Shown here one piece after another: positions 26,609-36,753 of a stretch of 64,000 bases of DNA; within the stretch, counting starts at the first letter, position 1, and every line of letters starts with the position of its first letter. The DNA is from a virus (Duplodnaviria; Caudoviricetes). The translations under genes were made by a program, and so were the position numbers. The notes beneath the pieces are model-generated. The model saw nothing but the letters and a program-made list of their open reading frames with translations, did not search any database and was not told where the DNA came from. Location: IMG/VR virus record IMGVR_UViG_2791354774_000003; one strand, given 5' to 3'.

Positions 26609-27105
26609 TTCCTGCCCTTCGAAACCACGACGTAGGTGTAGGCTTGGCGCAGGTTGCCGGTGTCGAGCAGAGGCTTCTCGCCCGTTCGGCCTTTGGCCTT
26701 GCGGCGCTTGATGGTGACGGGTGACAGCGGCGCAAAGGGACCGTTCGTGATGCGCCCGCGCACTGCGTTCTGGCCCATCAACCCCACGACATGCAGGGCC
26801 TTCTCGGCCTCTTCCGGCTTGCCAGAAAGAGCCTGCTGGCCCGCCTTTCGCAGGCGCTCCACCGCCTTGTCCTTGATCTCTTCCACCGCCGGCAGAAGAT
26901 GAGGACGAGCCGGGATGTTCTCCTCCGGCATGCCAAATTCGTGGATGTAGCCGAGCGCGGCGTTGCTGGGGGTGTTCTCCTCTCCCGGCGCCGGGTCCCG
27001 ATCCGCATTCTCAGCCGGAACGCCGATCAGCACCTCTTTCCGTGTCAACTCGCGCAGGGCTGCCAGCACTGCGGCAGTGCGATCCTGCGTGACGACGACA
27101 GTCAT
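26605..27105 (-). CDS. Neck / tail completion protein
   Basis: NAALGYIHEFG...IPARPHL...KPLLDTGNLR. Confidence 0.8.
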   Translation of the reverse strand: MTVVVTQDRTAAVLAALRELTRKEVLIGVPAENADRDPAPGEENTPSNAALGYIHEFGMPEENIPARPHLLPAVEEIKDKAVERLRKAGQQALSGKPEEAEKALHVVGLMGQNAVRGRITNGPFAPLSPVTIKRRKAKGRTGEKPLLDTGNLRQAYTYVVVSKGRK

Positions 27106-27506
27106 CAGAACTGCATCGCCCCAACAGCGACCGTTGCCGCCATAGAAGCGAACGTCTGGCCGTAGGAGGTCAGGTTGAATTCCCCCGCCCCTTCCGTCTG
27201 GCCAACGCTTACGTCCATGGACTTGGATACGCCGCCAACCGACTTCGATGTCACCAGCCCAGCGGCGGGCACGACCGACGCTGTAGCGGTTCCACCGCCG
27301 CCTTGTGCAGGCGTCAGCGGCGAGGCCAGCGCAAGGCGGTGAGCCACGAAGTAGGCCATGCCCGTGTCTAGCAACTCCCCCCAGACGTTCGGGAGGAGCC
27401 GCAGGGATGCCTCGCTGATCGCAAAGGCGATACGGGTGTCGGGGTAGCGGGACTCATCCGCGAACTCGGGGAAGATCTCGCGGAATTGACCTACGGTGAG
27501 AGCCAA
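27105..27506 (-). CDS. Head-tail connector (DUF4054-like)
   Basis: FREIFPEFAD..YPD...SKSVGGVS...NLTSYGQ. Confidence 0.85.
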   Translation of the reverse strand: MALTVGQFREIFPEFADESRYPDTRIAFAISEASLRLLPNVWGELLDTGMAYFVAHRLALASPLTPAQGGGGTATASVVPAAGLVTSKSVGGVSKSMDVSVGQTEGAGEFNLTSYGQTFASMAATVAVGAMQF

Positions 27507-27516
27507 AGGAAGTGCC

Positions 27517-28041
27517 TCAGCCCTGAGCGTTCAGTTCGCGCGCCTTAGCCTCGGCATCCGCCTTGCTGAGGCTGTCAACGACGACGTTGCCATCGGCCTG
27601 CGTCACCACGGCGAACTTGCCCTGATGACGACGCTTGATGCCATGCACCTTGCCGGCGAACTCGTTATCGCCGCTCTGGCCAGAGCCCTCACCGCTCGAC
27701 TGCTGAGCCGCCTCAAGCTCGGCGACCCGCGCCTTGAGGGTGGCGTTGTCCGCCTCAAGCGCTTCCGCTTTGGCGACCGCAGCATCGCGCTCGGCCTCAA
27801 AGCCTGCCGCACGTCCTTCAGCGGCATCGATCGCCGCCTTCACCTTCAGCCGCTCCTCATGCTGGAGCGGCGCGGTTTCGGGCACGGAAGGCTCATCCGT
27901 GTCCTTGACCAGATGTGCCTGGACGAACCAATGCCCCGCGATCTCAGCAGGCACGTTCTTGTGCCGGCCTGGCGCGAACACGCGGGTTTCACCGTTGGCA
28001 TCGGTGAAGGTGCATGGCTTGGCGAAGTGGAGATCCTGCAT
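27517..28041 (-). CDS. Phage protein downstream of the capsid gene
   Basis: FAPGRHKNVPAEIAGHWFVQAH plus coiled coil. Confidence 0.7.
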   Translation of the reverse strand: MQDLHFAKPCTFTDANGETRVFAPGRHKNVPAEIAGHWFVQAHLVKDTDEPSVPETAPLQHEERLKVKAAIDAAEGRAAGFEAERDAAVAKAEALEADNATLKARVAELEAAQQSSGEGSGQSGDNEFAGKVHGIKRRHQGKFAVVTQADGNVVVDSLSKADAEAKARELNAQG

Positions 28042-28052
28042 CGCGCGCCTCC

Positions 28053-29093
28053 TCAGATTCCGTCAACGTAGTAGACGAGCTGCGAGTTGGTGATCTCCAC
28101 CGAGCCGATGCGGCGGTAGTAGTAGGTCAGGTAGTGCAGCCCCCGGAACTGAATCGGGGTGTTCTGCATCGGGGTAATCGGCAGACGCACTCGCGACTCG
28201 TCCTGAGTGTAGAACACCATGCGGTCGGTGCCGCCGACGCCGCGACCCACGAGCCACTTCATCGGGACGATCTCAAGATCGACGCCGTTCATGGAGGAGG
28301 CGACGGTGTTCTTCTTCAGGTACTCCAGCACCGACGAAGTGCCGGCCTCGCTGACGATCTGCTGAAGGCGCCCGTACTGGATCGGCGGCAGACCGACCTT
28401 GTTGGGAACGATGGTGAAGCCAGACGCCGTGTAGGCGGCCATCAGACCGGCGTTGAAGTCAGCCAGGATCTCGCGAGGCGTCTTGCTCGCGAAGGTGGCC
28501 GAGCCGCCCGCACCCGTCGCCGCGTTGGTCGCGACCACATCGGGGTGGTTGGTCAGGCCGAAGCTGCCCACCGTCGCGTCACCGATGTAGGCGATCTGAT
28601 CGGCGTCTTGATTGCCTTTGAGGTTCAGGCCGTCAAGCTTCACGCGGTCGATGGGCCGGTTCACCTGCTGCGAGCTGATCAACTCGGGAATGGTGTAGGC
28701 AAGTTCCATCGCCCAGAGGTTCAGGGGCGTCACGATCTTGCCGACGTCCGCTTGGATGCCGGTGATCGCAGTGGAGGTCTTGCCGACCCACGAGACGCCA
28801 GTCGGATTGATGCCGCCGGCCGCAGCGTAGCCGACACTGGCGAACGAGGATGCCTCGTCGCCGATGGTCACATCCTGGCGCAGGGGGACGTCGCGCAGGT
28901 AGGTGTAGCCCGCCAGCGGCTCGTGCAGGATCGGGTCAAGCCGCTCCAACTCGCTCTGGAGGAACACACCCGCGCTGTCGATCGTGCGCGCATCGTGATG
29001 GCCGACACCATCGAAGGTGCGGAAGCCGAGACGGTTGAGCGGCGGGCCGCCGTTGTGGCCGAAGCCGGGGATCGGGGAAACACCGTACGACAT
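28053..29093 (-). CDS. Major capsid protein (DUF2184-like, HK97 fold)
   Basis: FLQSELERLDP..HEPL, YIGD...GLTNHP, DRMVFY motifs. Confidence 0.92.
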   Translation of the reverse strand: MSYGVSPIPGFGHNGGPPLNRLGFRTFDGVGHHDARTIDSAGVFLQSELERLDPILHEPLAGYTYLRDVPLRQDVTIGDEASSFASVGYAAAGGINPTGVSWVGKTSTAITGIQADVGKIVTPLNLWAMELAYTIPELISSQQVNRPIDRVKLDGLNLKGNQDADQIAYIGDATVGSFGLTNHPDVVATNAATGAGGSATFASKTPREILADFNAGLMAAYTASGFTIVPNKVGLPPIQYGRLQQIVSEAGTSSVLEYLKKNTVASSMNGVDLEIVPMKWLVGRGVGGTDRMVFYTQDESRVRLPITPMQNTPIQFRGLHYLTYYYRRIGSVEITNSQLVYYVDGI

Positions 29094-29172
29094 GGTTGTG
29101 TGATCTCCGTGGGGCGACGTGGTCGTGCCCGCGTGACAGGAAAGACGGCCGTCGCCCGACGCCGCCGTAGGT

Positions 29173-29697
29173 TCAGAGGTTGTAGGCGAGTTCGCAGTTG
29201 CCTGCGGCGTCCGCCGCGCCCATCCAGTAGGCGCCGGTCAGCAGGATGGTGTTGGTGGAGTCGGCAGCGGCCTCAAAGCCATTGAGGCGCCCGCCGGCCG
29301 GGATGGTGCCGCCGAGCCGGATGTAGACCGGTGCGCCCTTGGCCGCCGCCGTGGCGCCTTGGAGGCGAACGGTCATGTACCCGCGCTTTAGAATGGTGCA
29401 GCGGCTGCCGGGCTGCGGCGTGGTGTTGCCGAGCAACTGCGTCTCCGCGCCGTAGGTCGTGCCGGGACCGCCAGGGAAGGCAGCTTCCAGCAGGCCGTAC
29501 ACAGCAGTGGCAGCGTCACCTGCGGCGAGCGCCTGGATACGGCCATTTGCGCCGATCTTGACGGCATCCCCGAAGGCGGTGGGCGGGGTGGTTGCATCCA
29601 GAGCATTCGGCTCGCCGGTATGCTCCTGCTCACGGTTCACACGGCCGGGGATGCCCGCCGGCATGCGATAGGCGTAGACGTTCTGAACGACGGCCAT
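29173..29697 (-). CDS. Capsid cement/decoration protein
   Basis: YRMPAGIPG, LKRGYMTV, AKGAPVY motifs. Confidence 0.85.
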   Translation of the reverse strand: MAVVQNVYAYRMPAGIPGRVNREQEHTGEPNALDATTPPTAFGDAVKIGANGRIQALAAGDAATAVYGLLEAAFPGGPGTTYGAETQLLGNTTPQPGSRCTILKRGYMTVRLQGATAAAKGAPVYIRLGGTIPAGGRLNGFEAAADSTNTILLTGAYWMGAADAAGNCELAYNL

Positions 29698-29728
29698 CGG
29701 CTGTCTCCTAAGTTCGAGTGTGAGGGGA

Positions 29729-31117
29729 TCAGCCGCGCTTGTAATAAGCGTTGGCGCGGGCCTGGAGGTCGGCGGGCGTCATGGCACGCTGGCGCTGGCC
29801 CTTGTCGTCGCGGACATAGCCGGACGTCGCCGATTGCAGCGTATCGACGGTGCGCGCGGCATTGCTATCCAGCATCATCTGAGACGAGGCGCGGAAAGCA
29901 ACGTTGACCTCGGCCGGGGTCATCGCAGCGATGCGATGCGACTGCACGTGACCGAGCACCGCGCCGACAGCGGAACGGCCCGCATCGGTCGTCAGCGCGG
30001 CCTTCAGCGCATCGCGCTTGAAGGAACTCATCGCGTCACGGTGCGACTTGGAGCCAGGCTTGGCGTCGTTGGTCGGGCGGTTGAGGCTCGGAGCAAGGAT
30101 CGCGGCGCGTGCCACGGCATCCTGAGTCGCCATGTCCTCCGGGTCCGCCATGTCATCGACGGCTTCGGACAGCTCCTCAACCCTCTCCACGGTCTCGGTG
30201 ATCTTCGGCAGCAGCGGCTCGATCTTGTCTGTGAGCGCAGTCAGCGCCTCCATGATCGGCGCATTCGCTTCGGCGATCAGCGCCTTGACCTTCTCCTCGT
30301 CCATGTCCTTGTTCTCCTCGGGATCGCCCTCCTCGTCCTTGAGGAGCCCATCAGGGTCATTCGGGTTGGGTTGGTCGCCTTCGCCCTCGGGCTTGGCGGG
30401 CGGCGGACTGCCGACGTTGACGACGATGTGATGCCCATCGCCTTCGTGTGCCGACTCGTCGCCGGACATGCCGGCATCCGCCTCGGCTAGGACTTCTTCA
30501 CGGGCGGCCTCATCCTTAGCCTTGAAGGCGCGGCGGAGGATGTCGCCAATGGAGGTCTTTCGGTTGGTCATGAGAGGCTTCCTGTCTCGGATGGCGCAGG
30601 AGGGTCCGCACCGGCCTTCATCGACCAGCGAGACGTGATTTCCGCGTATGCGGATCTGCCGGGCTCGCCCCGGCTCAATCGCCTCGTAGTCGGCATCGTA
30701 GCCGTTCGAGACTTCGCGCTTGCCGGCCCTGATCTTGGCGATGGTGGTCGGGTCATAGACCATGATATCGCCAAGCAGTCGGTCGGAAAGTTCACCCTCC
30801 CCGCGCCGGGGGTTCATGACGACGCCCCGCATGAGCGTCCGCCAATTCTTCGTATCGACATCCTCATCGGGATGGTCGTCGGTGAAGGGCTTGCCGCGGA
30901 AGCTTTCGATCGCCGCCTCGGAGAAAACCTCATCCTCGTCGCGAACCGCGATGATCTGGCCGTTCTTGGCAGGAATGCTCGGAAGTTCGTGCGCGTAGTA
31001 GGTTTGCTCACCCGTTCGAGCGAGCGGTACGTCGCGGCAGATCAAAAAGCCTTCAGGCGTGGTTTCGAGGCGCGGCGGTATGATCGCCGCGTCAATGACA
31101 CGATGGCGCTCAGTCAT
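29729..31117 (-). CDS. Prohead protease/scaffold (DUF2213-like)
   Basis: TPEGFLICRDVPLARTG, GKREVSNGY, NHVSLVDEGRCG. Confidence 0.92.
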   Translation of the reverse strand: MTERHRVIDAAIIPPRLETTPEGFLICRDVPLARTGEQTYYAHELPSIPAKNGQIIAVRDEDEVFSEAAIESFRGKPFTDDHPDEDVDTKNWRTLMRGVVMNPRRGEGELSDRLLGDIMVYDPTTIAKIRAGKREVSNGYDADYEAIEPGRARQIRIRGNHVSLVDEGRCGPSCAIRDRKPLMTNRKTSIGDILRRAFKAKDEAAREEVLAEADAGMSGDESAHEGDGHHIVVNVGSPPPAKPEGEGDQPNPNDPDGLLKDEEGDPEENKDMDEEKVKALIAEANAPIMEALTALTDKIEPLLPKITETVERVEELSEAVDDMADPEDMATQDAVARAAILAPSLNRPTNDAKPGSKSHRDAMSSFKRDALKAALTTDAGRSAVGAVLGHVQSHRIAAMTPAEVNVAFRASSQMMLDSNAARTVDTLQSATSGYVRDDKGQRQRAMTPADLQARANAYYKRG

Positions 31118-31120
31118 GGC

Positions 31121-31660
31121 TCAGATCGGAGCGAACTCTTCGGGGCCGAAGCGCAACTCACCCGCGAACGCCTTGAGGCGAGACGGGTCAGCCGTACCGA
31201 GGCGGCCGGCGAACGTGATGTGCGGCGCGTAGCTCGGATGATCCCAAGAGCATCCGCCGCGCCGAAACTCATCCCAGCGAAGGTTCAGGGGTTCAGAGGC
31301 GAAGCGGAGGACGGATACATCACCGTCGAACGTCTCGACGCGACGCGGGCCACCCGCTGGCACAACGAGGTCATCGGCGGCGAACCAAGAGGGAAACTTG
31401 AACCAATCAACCGGAGCCCGACTGTAGGCCACGGTGACATGCATTTGATCCTGCGGCACGAGATCGACGAAGCCGCACCGCCGTGCCCACTCCGTCATTC
31501 GGGAGGCGCTATCAGCGTCCAAGGGACGCGAGACGTAGAGAGGCGCCGCGCCTCCAGCATCACGAATGCGCAGCGAGCGCCCCGCGACATTGACGTCCAG
31601 CACTAGACCGCTGCGGCGCGAAGGAAGCGCCCCGCAGGCGCCTCCGCAGGCTTGGCACAT
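31121..31660 (-). CDS. Acb1 / T4 gp57B-like 2H phosphoesterase (anti-CBASS candidate)
   Basis: Two HxT motifs: MHVTVAYSR and YAPHITF; C-terminal FGPEEF. Confidence 0.8.
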   Translation of the reverse strand: MCQACGGACGALPSRRSGLVLDVNVAGRSLRIRDAGGAAPLYVSRPLDADSASRMTEWARRCGFVDLVPQDQMHVTVAYSRAPVDWFKFPSWFAADDLVVPAGGPRRVETFDGDVSVLRFASEPLNLRWDEFRRGGCSWDHPSYAPHITFAGRLGTADPSRLKAFAGELRFGPEEFAPI

Positions 31661-31682
31661 AGAGAGCGTTCCTTGCCCGCGA

Positions 31683-32522
31683 CTACAGGTCGTCGAGGAT
31701 CGGTTCGGGGTAGCAGCGGCAATTGAAGATGGCGCCGGGGAGCGCCTTCAAGTCCGGCTCGTCACAGACTGGGGGATCATCCCAGCGGAAAACCTTGCCG
31801 TTGAGCTTCTTGTGCGAGGCGCGAACGTCGCTATCGCCAACGGTGATCCACCGGAAGTGTGTGGACCCAACATGCTCGGCGCGTGCGCGCGTCAGCGTCG
31901 TTGCTGCGCGTCCGCACTCGGTGCGGGCGATCAGGGTTGCCTTGCTGCGCGAGACGCCCTCGCCCTCCATGATGGCCTTGGCAAGCGTCTCGGCCCGCAT
32001 ACCTTGCGACAGCCCTTCCCGCGCAAGCGTTTGAACCCGCTCAGCGGCATCAAGCGGAATGGAGCGGATCAGTATCACCTGCTCCGTCTGAAGTGATCTC
32101 ATCACCTGCCCGGTCGGGGCCGCTTGGATCTCGCGCTTGAGTTCGCGCCCCATGCGAGACGCGACCTTGAACCAGCTTCTCTCGTCTCGCGCCGCTGTCT
32201 CGCGCACCATCCGCTCGGCGACGGCTTCGGCCCATGGTGCGACCGTATCGGCATAGCGCCGGAGCGCCGCCGAAGCCGCGCTTGAACCAATCAGCGATGC
32301 TACGTCGTGCGCCCCGAGGATATCGCCGATGTGCTTCGCGATTGAACGGAGCCGGGTTTCGTAGATCTGGACGATTTTGGTCGCCCGGATGAACGCAGAG
32401 CGAGGTGATGGGCCGCGGTCGCGATGCTGGACACCGGATCGTTGTCCATCCAGCAATGGCGGCCGTGGTCGAAGACAGGACGGACACGCCCGCGGGTCGA
32501 GCCGGTAGGGCGATTGCGCCAT
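31683..32522 (-). CDS. Head morphogenesis protein (SPP1 gp7 / MuF)
   Basis: LIARTE, WITVGDSDVRASH, PGAIFNCRC. Confidence 0.9.
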   Translation of the reverse strand: MAQSPYRLDPRACPSCLRPRPPLLDGQRSGVQHRDRGPSPRSAFIRATKIVQIYETRLRSIAKHIGDILGAHDVASLIGSSAASAALRRYADTVAPWAEAVAERMVRETAARDERSWFKVASRMGRELKREIQAAPTGQVMRSLQTEQVILIRSIPLDAAERVQTLAREGLSQGMRAETLAKAIMEGEGVSRSKATLIARTECGRAATTLTRARAEHVGSTHFRWITVGDSDVRASHKKLNGKVFRWDDPPVCDEPDLKALPGAIFNCRCYPEPILDDL

Positions 32523-32537
32523 CTGCGGTGATCGCGC

Positions 32538-32756
32538 TCAGTCCTCGTTAGACGCCTTTTCCACGGTGTGATCCGTGCTCGGGACCGCAGGACCAGTCGA
32601 GGCAATGCCGGCATTGGACAGGGGCGTTTCGGGCACGCCCGCGAGCGGCACGGCCGGAGCAGTCGAGGCCGAGTTCGGCACCGGCTCTGAATGCTTCGTC
32701 TCCGTCACGGCCTGAGCGGACGGCTTCGTCTCAGTGGACTTGTTCTTCTCGGTCAT
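32538..32756 (-). CDS. Small low-complexity hypothetical protein
   Basis: GGAG RBS; fills the gap between portal and gp7. Confidence 0.5.
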   Translation of the reverse strand: MTEKNKSTETKPSAQAVTETKHSEPVPNSASTAPAVPLAGVPETPLSNAGIASTGPAVPSTDHTVEKASNED

Positions 32757-32775
32757 GATGCGTCTCCATACGTCG

Positions 32776-34290
32776 CTAGGCTGCCGCGGGGATGCGGGGC
32801 ACGAGGGACAAGATGCGCTTGGGGTCAGCGTTGACCTCGCCCGGCTCACTCACGGGCTTGGCTCCGTCACCTTCATCACTCTCCGGCGGCGGCGCGGCAG
32901 TATCCGCCTCGTCCGCCTCTGCACGAGCAATGTCGTCGTCGCTCACTGATGCGAAAATGCCGGTCGTCTCGCTTGAGCGCTTCAACTCGCGAAGGATAAT
33001 CGACGGCTTGAGAGCGGCAGTCCCTTCGGCAGTCGAAAGAGCCGTTGCCACTTGAACTGCGATTTCGGCCTTTTCCTTGTCGTTCAGTCCGTACAGCGAG
33101 GCGAACCGGAAGCCGAAAGTGGAGGGCGGCGCCTCGCCGTACTCGCTACGGAAGGTGATATGCGCGATGACTTCTAGTGGTCGGCGCAGATCCCTTTCCT
33201 GCGAGAGGTGGATATTATCGTTGTAAGACCGAAGGTCACTTTCACCGGTTGAAAAGCCGGCAGGGCTCATCCCGAACAACTTCACGATCGGCATATCAAT
33301 GGCGCCAGCGATCTGCTGTGCCATTTGAACCATGACATCCGATAGGCCGCTGAAGTTATAGCTCAGCGCGCTGAAATCATCCTCGGAATCCAGAAGAGTC
33401 AAACCCTCATTCGTCTGGAAGCGGCGGATCAACTCGACTTGCGTCAGCGCAGCGGCGAACGGCTTTCCGCCCGTCGCGATGTTCTTGCGCAAATCCTTCA
33501 TCTTCAGAATGCGCAAATGGGCTTTGTAGACCATCTGGGCCATGCCGAGTGTGGTGGAGTCGAAGGCCACCAGCCGGTCATGGAAGGTCTCCACGACTGA
33601 CATGCCCCAACCCATTTCGGCTTGGCGCTGATAGTAGGGAAGATCGTTTCCCTCCAAGCGGACCACGCGGGTGTGGTGTATCCACCGGCCGCCGACCGCT
33701 GCGCCGGAACTCTGGCCCGCAATGACAGCGTACCCAACCGGACGCCCAAAGTCTGGACCAAGCTCAGTCACCGTCTCCGTGGACGGTGTCAGCGCCCAGC
33801 GGTCAATCGGCAGAAGGCCCTTGAACTGGCCTTTCGTAATCGTGGCGGGATCAAGTGGCGTTGTAAGATCCTGCCCCTCGATCAGGATGACCGCTAGGGC
33901 ACCCCCGTAAAGACGGGCCCACCGGATCGTGGATGCCAGCTTCCCCCAGACATCGAGCCGGTCAAGAGCGTTCTGAAGCACAAGCGGGTTGCGCTCCTGA
34001 GATTCGCTGTTCTCACCTAGGCCATAGAACTCAATGCCCGCTCGCGTCATGTCGTCAGCCGGCACGCTGACTGCCTGCCGCACGATCCACGACGATCGAT
34101 ACATCGCCTCCAACTCGGCACGGTTACGCGTTAGCGGGGTAATCCCGTAGCGCGAACTCGACATCTGATTGTCGGCGCCGAGACCAAGCGCGGCTTCGAA
34201 ATTCTGGAAGCTATCGGTCGTGCGGGCGTCGGTCGTCCTACGGACGCCGGCCGGCACACGAACGCGAGGCTTAGTGATCTCCTCTGTCAT
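32776..34290 (-). CDS. Portal protein (DUF1073-like)
   Basis: YRSSWI...PADDMTRAG, WARLYGG, KLFGMSPAGFSTGESD. Confidence 0.92.
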   Translation of the reverse strand: MTEEITKPRVRVPAGVRRTTDARTTDSFQNFEAALGLGADNQMSSSRYGITPLTRNRAELEAMYRSSWIVRQAVSVPADDMTRAGIEFYGLGENSESQERNPLVLQNALDRLDVWGKLASTIRWARLYGGALAVILIEGQDLTTPLDPATITKGQFKGLLPIDRWALTPSTETVTELGPDFGRPVGYAVIAGQSSGAAVGGRWIHHTRVVRLEGNDLPYYQRQAEMGWGMSVVETFHDRLVAFDSTTLGMAQMVYKAHLRILKMKDLRKNIATGGKPFAAALTQVELIRRFQTNEGLTLLDSEDDFSALSYNFSGLSDVMVQMAQQIAGAIDMPIVKLFGMSPAGFSTGESDLRSYNDNIHLSQERDLRRPLEVIAHITFRSEYGEAPPSTFGFRFASLYGLNDKEKAEIAVQVATALSTAEGTAALKPSIILRELKRSSETTGIFASVSDDDIARAEADEADTAAPPPESDEGDGAKPVSEPGEVNADPKRILSLVPRIPAAA

Positions 34291-34316
34291 GGGCAGCGTG
34301 CTGTCCTCTCGCGCCC

Positions 34317-35630
34317 TTAGTTCAGAAGGCTGGCCCACATGTCGGGGTCGTAGGTTTCGTCATCAAGCATCAGTTCGGTCAGCGCCCAGACCGCCGCATC
34401 CACTCGGTTTGGGGAACCCTCACCGAGGAAGCCATCGCCGGTCATCGAGACCATTTCGTCTTCTAGGGCTTCGAGCCCTTCGCCGACGTGCGAGACACGC
34501 CCCTGTTCGTAAAGGGCTGCGATCGGCTCGGCGCGGACCACCTTGCCCCGCGTCGCGTTGACGAGCTTCACGGCCACGTTCGGGTTGGCCGTTCGAATGA
34601 CACTCTCGACCATCGCGCCGCCGTAGTTGCGCTCAGCGGCGATGCGGTCGGCCTTGAAGTGCGCGTAAGCCTCAACCGAACGTCGCCCCCACCCGGCGGG
34701 CGAAAGCTTGCACGTCCAATCGCCGAGGATGTAGCCCCGGCCGTCGAACCCCTTCCCGGCCGCAACGATGCCGATGCTGTCGCCGCCGTCAGCTTGTCCC
34801 GCCGTACCTGAAGGATCTACGCCCACCACCACGCGAGCGAGCGGTGGCGCCTCACGAACCTTGCGGGCAACGTCGATCATGGCCCGCGTCCAGAGGGCGC
34901 CAGGCACATCATCGAGGATTTCGGCTTCCAGCTCCTGTCGGCCTAGCCGTGTGCCTGCGTATCGCTCCTTCAGTCGGGCGAGGAACTGCGCCGGCAGGTT
35001 CTCGGCATTGTCGAAGGTCGAACCGCGGGTGACGACGGTCGCCGCATCCGCCAAGATCTCCCGAATGACCGGGATCGGCCGCGGGGTGGTGGTCACGAAC
35101 ACGCGCGGATCAGTGCCGCTGCGCATCGTGAACTGAAGCATGTCCCAGATCTCGCGGGCGTAGCGATACTTCGCTAGCTCGTCCATCCAGGCAGTATCGA
35201 ACTCGGGACCGCGAAGCTGATCAGGCTCGGTGCCGTTGTAGCCCAGAGCCACCGCGCCGTTCGGCCAGATCAGGCGAACCGGCTTGTAGCGAACCGTCGG
35301 GGCTTCCTTCGGCGGGTGGATCGCGATCAGCCGCGCCACCACCACCTCTTCCAAGTCCTTTTGCGTCTCGGCGATCAGAGCGATGCTGCGGGCGCCGTTC
35401 TTAACTCGGTCGCGCACCCATTGTGCGCCGGCCTCCGTCTTCCCGAACCCACGGCCGGCGAGGGCCAGCCATGTCTGCCAATCGCCGTCAGGGGCGATCT
35501 GGTTGGGCCGCGCCCAGAAGCGCCAGTCCCAGAGGAGTTCTTCGGACTGAGCCTCACTCAGGCTCGCCAGCACCGCCTGTCTTTGATCCGCCGGCAGTGA
35601 GGCGAGCGAGCTTGCTAGAGAGGAGTTCAC
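34317..35630 (-). CDS. terL: Terminase large subunit
   Basis: Walker A AGRGFGKT, Walker B WMDELA, nuclease VGVDPS and SPNRVDA. Confidence 0.95.
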   Translation of the reverse strand: MNSSLASSLASLPADQRQAVLASLSEAQSEELLWDWRFWARPNQIAPDGDWQTWLALAGRGFGKTEAGAQWVRDRVKNGARSIALIAETQKDLEEVVVARLIAIHPPKEAPTVRYKPVRLIWPNGAVALGYNGTEPDQLRGPEFDTAWMDELAKYRYAREIWDMLQFTMRSGTDPRVFVTTTPRPIPVIREILADAATVVTRGSTFDNAENLPAQFLARLKERYAGTRLGRQELEAEILDDVPGALWTRAMIDVARKVREAPPLARVVVGVDPSGTAGQADGGDSIGIVAAGKGFDGRGYILGDWTCKLSPAGWGRRSVEAYAHFKADRIAAERNYGGAMVESVIRTANPNVAVKLVNATRGKVVRAEPIAALYEQGRVSHVGEGLEALEDEMVSMTGDGFLGEGSPNRVDAAVWALTELMLDDETYDPDMWASLLN

Positions 35631-36021
35631 GAGCGCTCGTCTCTTCGGTCTTGATCGGGCCGCCGCCGGGACCGGACAATTCGGTCTTCGTCGTGTCGGT
35701 CCACTCGTCACCGCCCATGTTCTTCAGGCCAAAGACGATGATGGTCGCAGTTCCGGGACCGCCGCCTGTCGTCGCAACGCGCAGAGCAGCGCGCTCCCAA
35801 TGAAGCAAGCGCCCTGCCTTCGCGCGCGATACCGCTTCCGAAAACTCGGGGTGCTCAGCCATCCACTCGTTGATCGTGGATCTTGCGACACCGATGATCC
35901 CGGCCACAGCGCCGAGTGAGAGGCCGTTGGCCATCTCAGCCTCAACCACGCCACAGAACGCCGGATCGTACTTCGTTGGCCGACCGCCCGCCCCTTTCTT
36001 CGGCTCTGTCTCTGAGCCCAT
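35554..36021 (-). CDS. terS: Terminase small subunit
   Basis: GRPTKYDP plus HTH (GVARSTINEW..EHPEFSEA), KTELSGPGGGPI. Confidence 0.85.
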   Translation of the reverse strand: MGSETEPKKGAGGRPTKYDPAFCGVVEAEMANGLSLGAVAGIIGVARSTINEWMAEHPEFSEAVSRAKAGRLLHWERAALRVATTGGGPGTATIIVFGLKNMGGDEWTDTTKTELSGPGGGPIKTEETSARELLSSKLARLTAGGSKTGGAGEPE

Positions 36022-36115
36022 GGTGATTGTCCTACGGAAGCCTGCGAGCCGTCAGAGCCATTGCGAGGTTGGCGGCGAGGATGAGAGCCCAGACAAGGGC
36101 GAGGTCTTTCACCGC

Positions 36116-36334
36116 CTACTCGCGGGGCTCGTGAGCGATGCAGCCGAAGCTTGGGGCCGTTCGCAGGATGCCCCATTGAGCCTCACCACAGGAGTCTTCC
36201 CCAACGGCCCAAGCCAACGTGTTGGCCTGACGTGGTTCGCCGTGCTCGCTACTTTCAGAAAGGCGGCAGTCGCCCACTGAGCGGTCCATATCAACATGCC
36301 AATGCCGGCACGTCTCACAGGTCTGCATCTGCAA
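36116..36334 (-). CDS. Small Cys-rich hypothetical protein
   Basis: CETCRHW...GDC...FGCIAHE. Confidence 0.55.
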   Translation of the reverse strand: MQMQTCETCRHWHVDMDRSVGDCRLSESSEHGEPRQANTLAWAVGEDSCGEAQWGILRTAPSFGCIAHEPRE

Positions 36335-36599
36335 ATCCTAGCCGTGAGAGGAATGATTGTGAAGGCTCCGCAAAGACACCGGCAACCAATCGGTCCTTGC
36401 TAACCGGCAGCTCGTAGGTGTGAAAGTCAATGAAGCTCAGCGCCTCTTCCCTGCCGAGCGTGTCGATCATCTCTTGGCGCTCTACCCACGAGATCGCGCC
36501 ACGCTCATAGGCGCTCACGATAAGGGTGTGCAGGCGGCCGATGATATTCCCGACGTCAGGGTCCATGCGGAGGGTGAGCGAAACGACGGCCTCAGCCAC
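36315..36599 (-). CDS. Hypothetical protein
   Basis: Part of a chain of coupled ORFs. Confidence 0.45.
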   Translation of the reverse strand: MAEAVVSLTLRMDPDVGNIIGRLHTLIVSAYERGAISWVERQEMIDTLGREEALSFIDFHTYELPVSKDRLVAGVFAEPSQSFLSRLGFADADL

Positions 36600-36753
36600 G
36601 GCGATGCCCCTGAGGGCGCCCCTTCACGAAGCCGTCGACGGCCGAGACGACGAACAGGATGACGACGAAGGCGGCGAACGCGCCGAGGAAGGCAGCGCAC
36701 GTCACGCCGAGGACGTAGACGACCGTCGAGAGGATGCCGAACAGGAAATCCAT
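36592..36753 (-). CDS. Small membrane protein
   Basis: Manual translation MDFLFGILSTVYVLGVTCAAFLGAFAAFVVILFVVSAVDGFVKGRPQGHRRG; TGATG coupling. Confidence 0.55.
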   Translation of the reverse strand: MDFLFGILSTVVYVLGVTCAAFLGAFAAFVVILFVVSAVDGFVKGRPQGHRRG

